Shown here one piece after another: positions 58,753 through 64,000 of a stretch of DNA of 64,000 bases. The notes below the pieces were generated by a model, which saw only the letters and a program-made list of their open reading frames with translations, made no database searches and was not told where the DNA came from. Origin of the DNA: Macrostomum lignano (taxonomy: Eukaryota); NCBI GenBank assembly GCA_002269645.1, contig NIVC01001950.1, positions 76,493 through 140,492 of the forward strand, in the 5' to 3' direction. How positions within the stretch are numbered: the first letter of the stretch is position 1; the number at the start of each line of letters is the position of its first letter. The position numbers and the translations under genes are program-made.

Positions 58753-59130
58753 TTAGTCACAGTCCTTACAGTCCTCCTTAGTCACAGTCACAGTGATAGT
58801 CCTTAGTAACTCATGTTGAGCAGCTTGGTATTGAGCAGCTTGGTGTTGAGCAGCTTGGTGTTGAGCAGCTTGGTGTTGAGCAGCTTGGTGTTGAGCAGCT
58901 TGGTCTTGAGCAGCTTGGTGTTGAGCATCCTTGTATGTTGGAGGTGCCTCTGGAACGTCTACATCTAGCGAGCGCTCGATTTCTAGTTGGCGTTGATTTT
59001 CAAAGATAGAACGCTTCTTCGCAATGGTTTTTTTAATTAGCCTAAGCATCGCTATGTCGTTCTCAATTTTTTCGAAGTGTACGCGATAATGCTCAAGGAA
59101 TTGATTCTCATTTGTAGACGTGATGAAGCT
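58753..59130 (-). CDS. Orphan ORF/exon with PPTY motif and QAAQH repeats
   Basis: Open frame, 15-bp coding repeat at 58810-58930. Confidence 0.4.
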   Translation of the reverse strand, partial: SFITSTNENQFLEHYRVHFEKIENDIAMLRLIKKTIAKKRSIFENQRQLEIERSLDVDVPEAPPTYKDAQHQAAQDQAAQHQAAQHQAAQHQAAQHQAAQYQAAQHELLRTITVTVTKEDCKDCD

Positions 59131-59406
59131 AGTATTGGGGTATTGTGTGAATCAAACCTCTCAAATTGTTTCTCTCTTGTGTGCTCACAAGTATTCTAGC
59201 ACGCCTAGTTGGATTTCCGGGCATTCTGTTCGTTCGGAATGAAAGCTGATAATTTAAGCAGAGGACACTTGTTGTGGATACTTTATTTTGGGTATGCCCT
59301 TAAATGCTGTCTAAAATGTCTTATGCCAGCCGCTAATTGGTTGCCACTGCCCTGCCACTGCCTTGCCACTGCCCTGTGGCAGTGACAGATTTTTTCTCTC
59401 TAGAGT

Positions 59407-59510
59407 GAGTAGTAGTGTGCTATACGGGGCTGAGTCATCCAGCGAGCTGGCGCGCAATGCGCCCGAGCAATAAGTGTGGCATAGCCCCGTATAACACACT
59501 ACTACTACTC
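59407..59510. mobile_element. ~100-bp hairpin / mini-MITE
   Basis: 25-bp inverted repeat GAGTAGTAGTGTG(C/T)TATACGGGGCT. Confidence 0.5.
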
Positions 59511-59851
59511 ATCTTCTACACTTGAAAATAGGGGGAAGTCTCGAGATTGCACTTTAAATATCTATTGAATTGCCAAAATAAAGTTTTTCTAAAAGCCATT
59601 TTTACTATGATATTTTTGTAAAAAATTATTGTGCCAAGGAGCTAATTAAAAGAGAAAAATGAAGACAAAAGTAATTTTTTCAATCTAAAGATAATAACTT
59701 GGCTCAGTTTGAGCTTTGTTAATCATAAATGTGTATTTCTTCGTAAATATGTTTTGTATACTACTTTGAGTAGCAGCGAAAGCAGTAAAATCATTTTTTC
59801 ATGTTGAGTCATTTTTTCTGGATCTCCAGAAATTTTTCTGGACATTTTTTA

Positions 59852-60750
59852 TCATAAGGAATTCTTCCTCTTTACAGTTATATTTGCGCTCTCCTTAAAT
59901 CTCCTTAAATCTGTGTGTAGCAGCAATTTAACCAGCAAGGTTTCGTCGAGTGTTTCGCGGCGGAGTCGAAGCGGTCCGAGTTGTCTTACGCGATGTAGCA
60001 GTCGTTTAAGCGCGAATCGAACGCTCGTTTTCTCCCTCGAATCGTATGTTGAGTGAAACTTCAAGGCTACACGCTCGTCACGCAAGTTCTCGTCTTCTGT
60101 CGCCGTTTTCTGAATAAGAGCCTTGTAGGTTAGCAGTGTTTCAAAGTTGTAACCTGAAACCACCAGAACTGGATATTTGACAATTAGATTTTGAAAAGTA
60201 TAGAGTCTTTCTTCGAACTTTTCGTCGATTTGCAGTTTAGCAGCAACGCCTTTGATGATCAAGCCAAGGGATTCGCGTAGCTTGGCAGCAACTTCCGCTT
60301 GCTTCTTTCTACCTAGACAGGCTAAAATTTCTAGATCGGCAATGAATTTTCCAGCTTAGTAAATCGATCGATTAGTTGGCCTTCATCCTGACTAAGTTCC
60401 TCTCCACATAGATCCTTCGCATCATTGAAACTGAAATAAAATATGTTGTTTTCTCATTGAAAAGTTATTGACTTCGTGATAAGATTCTGTAATAAAACTT
60501 ACTGAGTTTTGACGACAATTGCCTCGTTTTTTACATTGTCAAGCTTTTCCTTCAAGCGAGCAATAAATCGAGATTCTCTTAGAAACTTTGCCTCTTTGTT
60601 GTTGCTTTTCTCTCTGGTGCGATCTTTCTTCGAGGACTGGCTTTATATTACTTGTAGATTTTTAGTAGTTAGTTCTGTTCATCAACATCCAACTTACTAA
60701 CTACAACGGCGGAACTATTTGAGTCTTTGCTGCTAGTACTCTTAATAGTG
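59852..60750 (-). pseudogene. Degenerate spliced gene of unknown function
   Basis: Charged helical ORF 59852-60262 extended upstream by frameshifted segments and a CAG|GTAAGT donor. Confidence 0.35.
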
Positions 60751-61344
60751 GCGATTATCTGACTATGGATAGAAGAGGAGGTCATCGCATGTATTTCTGT
60801 TCTTTGGCAGGGGGTTGGGGGTAAAATAGCTACTCAGTTGCGGCAAGGTGCTCATATTGGTCACATATTGCTCATATATTTTTTCATGACAATGGAAAGA
60901 ATTCATGCATTCCTTTGGCGAGCCCAAAACGTGAGAAAAATTTTTCGAAAATAAAAAATGCCCTAGCGTTTTGGTTTGAATAGAAAGCGTGACTCACTTT
61001 GCCGTGGGTGGATGGCACTAGAGAACCCTGAATTCCTGTGTTAGTCATCAGACTGTGTTCTGTGACCCTTGGGGGTGATCGAGTGAAGTTGTAATTGCTA
61101 TAGCGGACCATATTGTTGCCATGCAAACTTGTTTGTGTGTGGCGCGAATAGAGCCCCGAATTCCTGTGTTACTCATCAGACTGTCTGAGACCCTTCGGAG
61201 CAATTAAGTGAAGTTTGCCTACTCTGCCGAAGAACCACTCTGGGTCATAATATATACAAAGAGGTCAAGCAAGTTTCAAACTATTCAAAAAATAGTTTGT
61301 TACTTTAAAAATAAAAACTATACGGCTAAATTTTTCCTAGAAAA

Positions 61345-61695
61345 ATGGAAGCTAATTACCCAAATGTTCGAAATGCTCTACCACAAAAATTCTATGATTC
61401 TATTATATCATTTTCTCAAATTAAAACCCATACTCGAAATTCTCGACCAATTGCAGAAATTGATAAAGCTTACGATGAATATAAAGCAGAAATATTAAAA
61501 CACACCATTGTACATGTCCCCCATATTTGTATTCAATATTCATTCAGAGTATATCTTGCACATGTTGATAAATGGGCTTTGATTTCGAGACAGCACATTA
61601 GGAATGACGAATTTTTCGTCATGCTGAAGTTAAACATTTTCAAACTCCCCATAGCCTTTAAGAAGTACATTGAAACCGAAAAATCATATTGTTAA
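61345..61695 (+). CDS. Orphan intronless ORF, 116 aa
   Basis: AAAAATG start, AT-rich, protein-like composition; no family recognised. Confidence 0.35.
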   Translation: MEANYPNVRNALPQKFYDSIISFSQIKTHTRNSRPIAEIDKAYDEYKAEILKHTIVHVPHICIQYSFRVYLAHVDKWALISRQHIRNDEFFVMLKLNIFKLPIAFKKYIETEKSYC

Positions 61696-63271
61696 ATTTA
61701 TTTTAAATAAAATGGAAAGAAAAAATCAAAACGATTCAAATGTCTCTCTTCTGATCGTACAGGGTCTGTTTCAAAACTATGATGCACCACCGCCAAAATT
61801 GACAAATTTAAATCAAACTGTCACGTTGTTGTCGTAGTAGGTCTACAACCCACAAAAGGGCCGTTTTGACGAGAGGTACTGACGCTATTAGTCCCAAAAG
61901 GATGGTGAATTCAACAATGGCGGCGGATTTGTAGCGGTAGCATTTGGCAATGGCGGTAGATAACAAAAGACACCAACTGGTTTATTATTATCAATGTTTA
62001 ATATTAATACAGAGGCTTATGACGTTATGGGGCACTGGCGGCTGCAACAATGGGTTGATGTAATCTAGTTGTATAGATAAAAGTTAAGTAGATGATGATA
62101 ATTGGGATGGAGCCGAGTAGCAAGTGATGGCTGTGAGCACAGTGATGGCAGTGAGTAACAAGTAGGCAAACAGGCAAAGTGGCGAGATTGGGCGTCGGCC
62201 CGTGGCAGTACACAGTGGAGCAAGAGTGCGTAGACAGTCTGGACCAGACAGAGTGGAGCCGTGGCAAGAGATAAGGAGGCACGAGGACGAGAGAACGAGA
62301 GAGCGGAAGAGCGAAGGAGCGAAAGTGAAAAAACCCCTAGCCCGCCGCCAGGCGGGGTTAATAAAGGAGCGCAGGAGGGTTAACATAATATATGCGGAGA
62401 GTTTTCATTGGCTGGCGAGGGAAAAACAAGAAACGGAAATTATTGATCGCGCGAGCGTACGCAAAGGCGTACGCAGGCGTACGCAAAGCTTACAAAGTAC
62501 GCAGTGATTTAGCAATTGATACAGATTAGTTGCGCGCTACTACAAGTAAACGTGAGAATACAATTGGAAATTTTAAATGAGAAATTGTAAGGAAAATTGT
62601 AGTCCAACGGCCCTTTTACGGGACCACTTTAAACTGGCAACGTCACACAAACAAAATCGTGGGATAAGCTAATTAATATCTATGGAGAACGTAATTTTAG
62701 ATTCGGAAGTTGCAGTATAACATTGAATAGTAAAACAAAGAAAAAATACCGTCAAAAATGCCAACCAAAGCAGAAAGGAATTCAACCTCCCCACCATTTC
62801 GACCAGAGGTAGAGAACATGATTTGGATGATACTCGAAATTCAAATATAACCGTAATCGATATTGATAATGCTGACCCCTTAGCTACTGATAAAGCTACT
62901 GAATGCTGCTGAATAGCCAGTTAGCAACCAGTCAGTACACTCTCCCCGTCCAAATTAAATTGTAGCAGCGAAACGATGATTCAATTTATTTTAAAATAGA
63001 AATCAATGGCTATATTAAGGCCACGCATTTTTTAAAGAATATACTGGCTGTTTCGTTACAAAAATTAAATATGTTTGGTAGCGCTTAGCAAAAAGGTGGT
63101 GTACCTATACGTGCCGAGAAAAAGATTAATTTTGAAGAAGCAACGTTGATTGTACATACAAGTATGATAATTGTTAGAGTAGAAATATTGATTTTGCATT
63201 GCACTAAGATTAGTTTGACTTGCACATAATTTTTGATTTAGTGAGAAAATGCATATTAAATTGCGTTGAGA

Positions 63272-63961
63272 TTAAATGTTGGACGCGACTGTCCTAGAGT
63301 TTTTGTTTTTCAATTTTTGGGCGGCTTGACCTAGAAAGAACAACATCTTGAGCACGGCCAGCTCCAACGAAGTCCCATGCGGCGGAATAGCGGCAGCGGT
63401 GCGGCGAGCCACTTTGTCGATGGCCTGCCTCCTTGCTTCCGGAGTGGCCGAGAGAAAATCCTCTCGAATTCGACTGGGCCCCCTACGGCATAACTGCCCC
63501 TTAAGGCCGGCCTCTAGGAGTAGGTCCGTCAACAGGCTGATGGTCTCCGCACTGACGGAGCCCAGGTTATCCACTTGGGTCACTGCGTCAGCCTGCTGAG
63601 GCCTAGCTCGGATGGCGGCGCTTATGGCTTCGGCCAGTTCCGAACGGCTGAATAGTCGAGGAGGCAACGGTATCGGTGACGGGCGGCGAAATCGCGGCGT
63701 CGGGGTGTCAGCGGCGTAGGGAATTCGTCCAGATTGACGATGTCCGGCTGCGGTGGTGGCGTTAAAAACTCCCAGGTGGAATGTCGGTGGCGACGAAGTA
63801 GGAGGAGGCGGCGTACGCAGCACGTCCTCCCTCGGGTCTAGTGGGTCCGGAGGGTGCGCTTTTTGTGGGGCCTGCGCTCCTGGAGCCAGTAAATCTTGTT
63901 TCGGCGGCAGCAGGTCCTCTCCGGGCTCCTCTTGTAATGAGCTGCTCAGACGTCCAGTAGG
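63272..63961 (-). CDS. GC-rich orphan ORF (Pro-rich N-part, helical C-part)
   Basis: Frame open from 63961 to stop 63272; no ATG; no family recognised. Confidence 0.35.
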   Translation of the reverse strand, partial: PTGRLSSSLQEEPGEDLLPPKQDLLAPGAQAPQKAHPPDPLDPREDVLRTPPPPTSSPPTFHLGVFNATTAAGHRQSGRIPYAADTPTPRFRRPSPIPLPPRLFSRSELAEAISAAIRARPQQADAVTQVDNLGSVSAETISLLTDLLLEAGLKGQLCRRGPSRIREDFLSATPEARRQAIDKVARRTAAAIPPHGTSLELAVLKMLFFLGQAAQKLKNKNSRTVASNI

Positions 63962-64000
63962 TTAAAAAGGTCACCGGAAGGCGACTGGTCAGCCTAAGCT

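Noticed and set aside
62056-62385. Solo-LTR-like segment (TG..AACA, AATAAA)
   Set aside because: No TSD, PBS/PPT or partner LTR found in the window.

Overview
Repeat-rich invertebrate (metazoan) genomic DNA with GT-AG introns, not prokaryotic. Short introns filled with minisatellites would fit a flatworm such as Macrostomum, but that is an inference. 1-22 kb: a 10-exon CLCA-like gene (284-22084, +; about 947 aa after correcting two single-base frameshifts). Its HExxH zinc motif is lost but its VWA MIDAS is intact. Intron 5 holds a four-layer transposon nest (Mag-type gypsy remnant > CACTA/EnSpm element > TRIM, plus a Harbinger MITE). Intron 8 holds an intronless same-strand gene with two C-type lectin domains, a mucin-like repeat and a LamG-like domain. 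22-28 kb: calmodulin-like and NHL-repeat genes (-). 28-48 kb: a Mutator-like MITE, an 8.5-kb Ty3/gypsy element whose Gag-Pol carries an UNR/CSDE1-type cold-shock domain and LC8-like QT motifs, and a 7-kb Sola-like DNA transposon (spliced transposase with PHD finger, internal 178-bp array). 49-64 kb: a decayed virus/giant-element-like mosaic with tyrosine recombinase, PWWP and OTU remnants, a gypsy integrase followed by two double-RING ORFs, a type II restriction-endonuclease-like ORF and several orphan ORFs. All domain calls come from motif recognition by eye and need HMM/structure confirmation.
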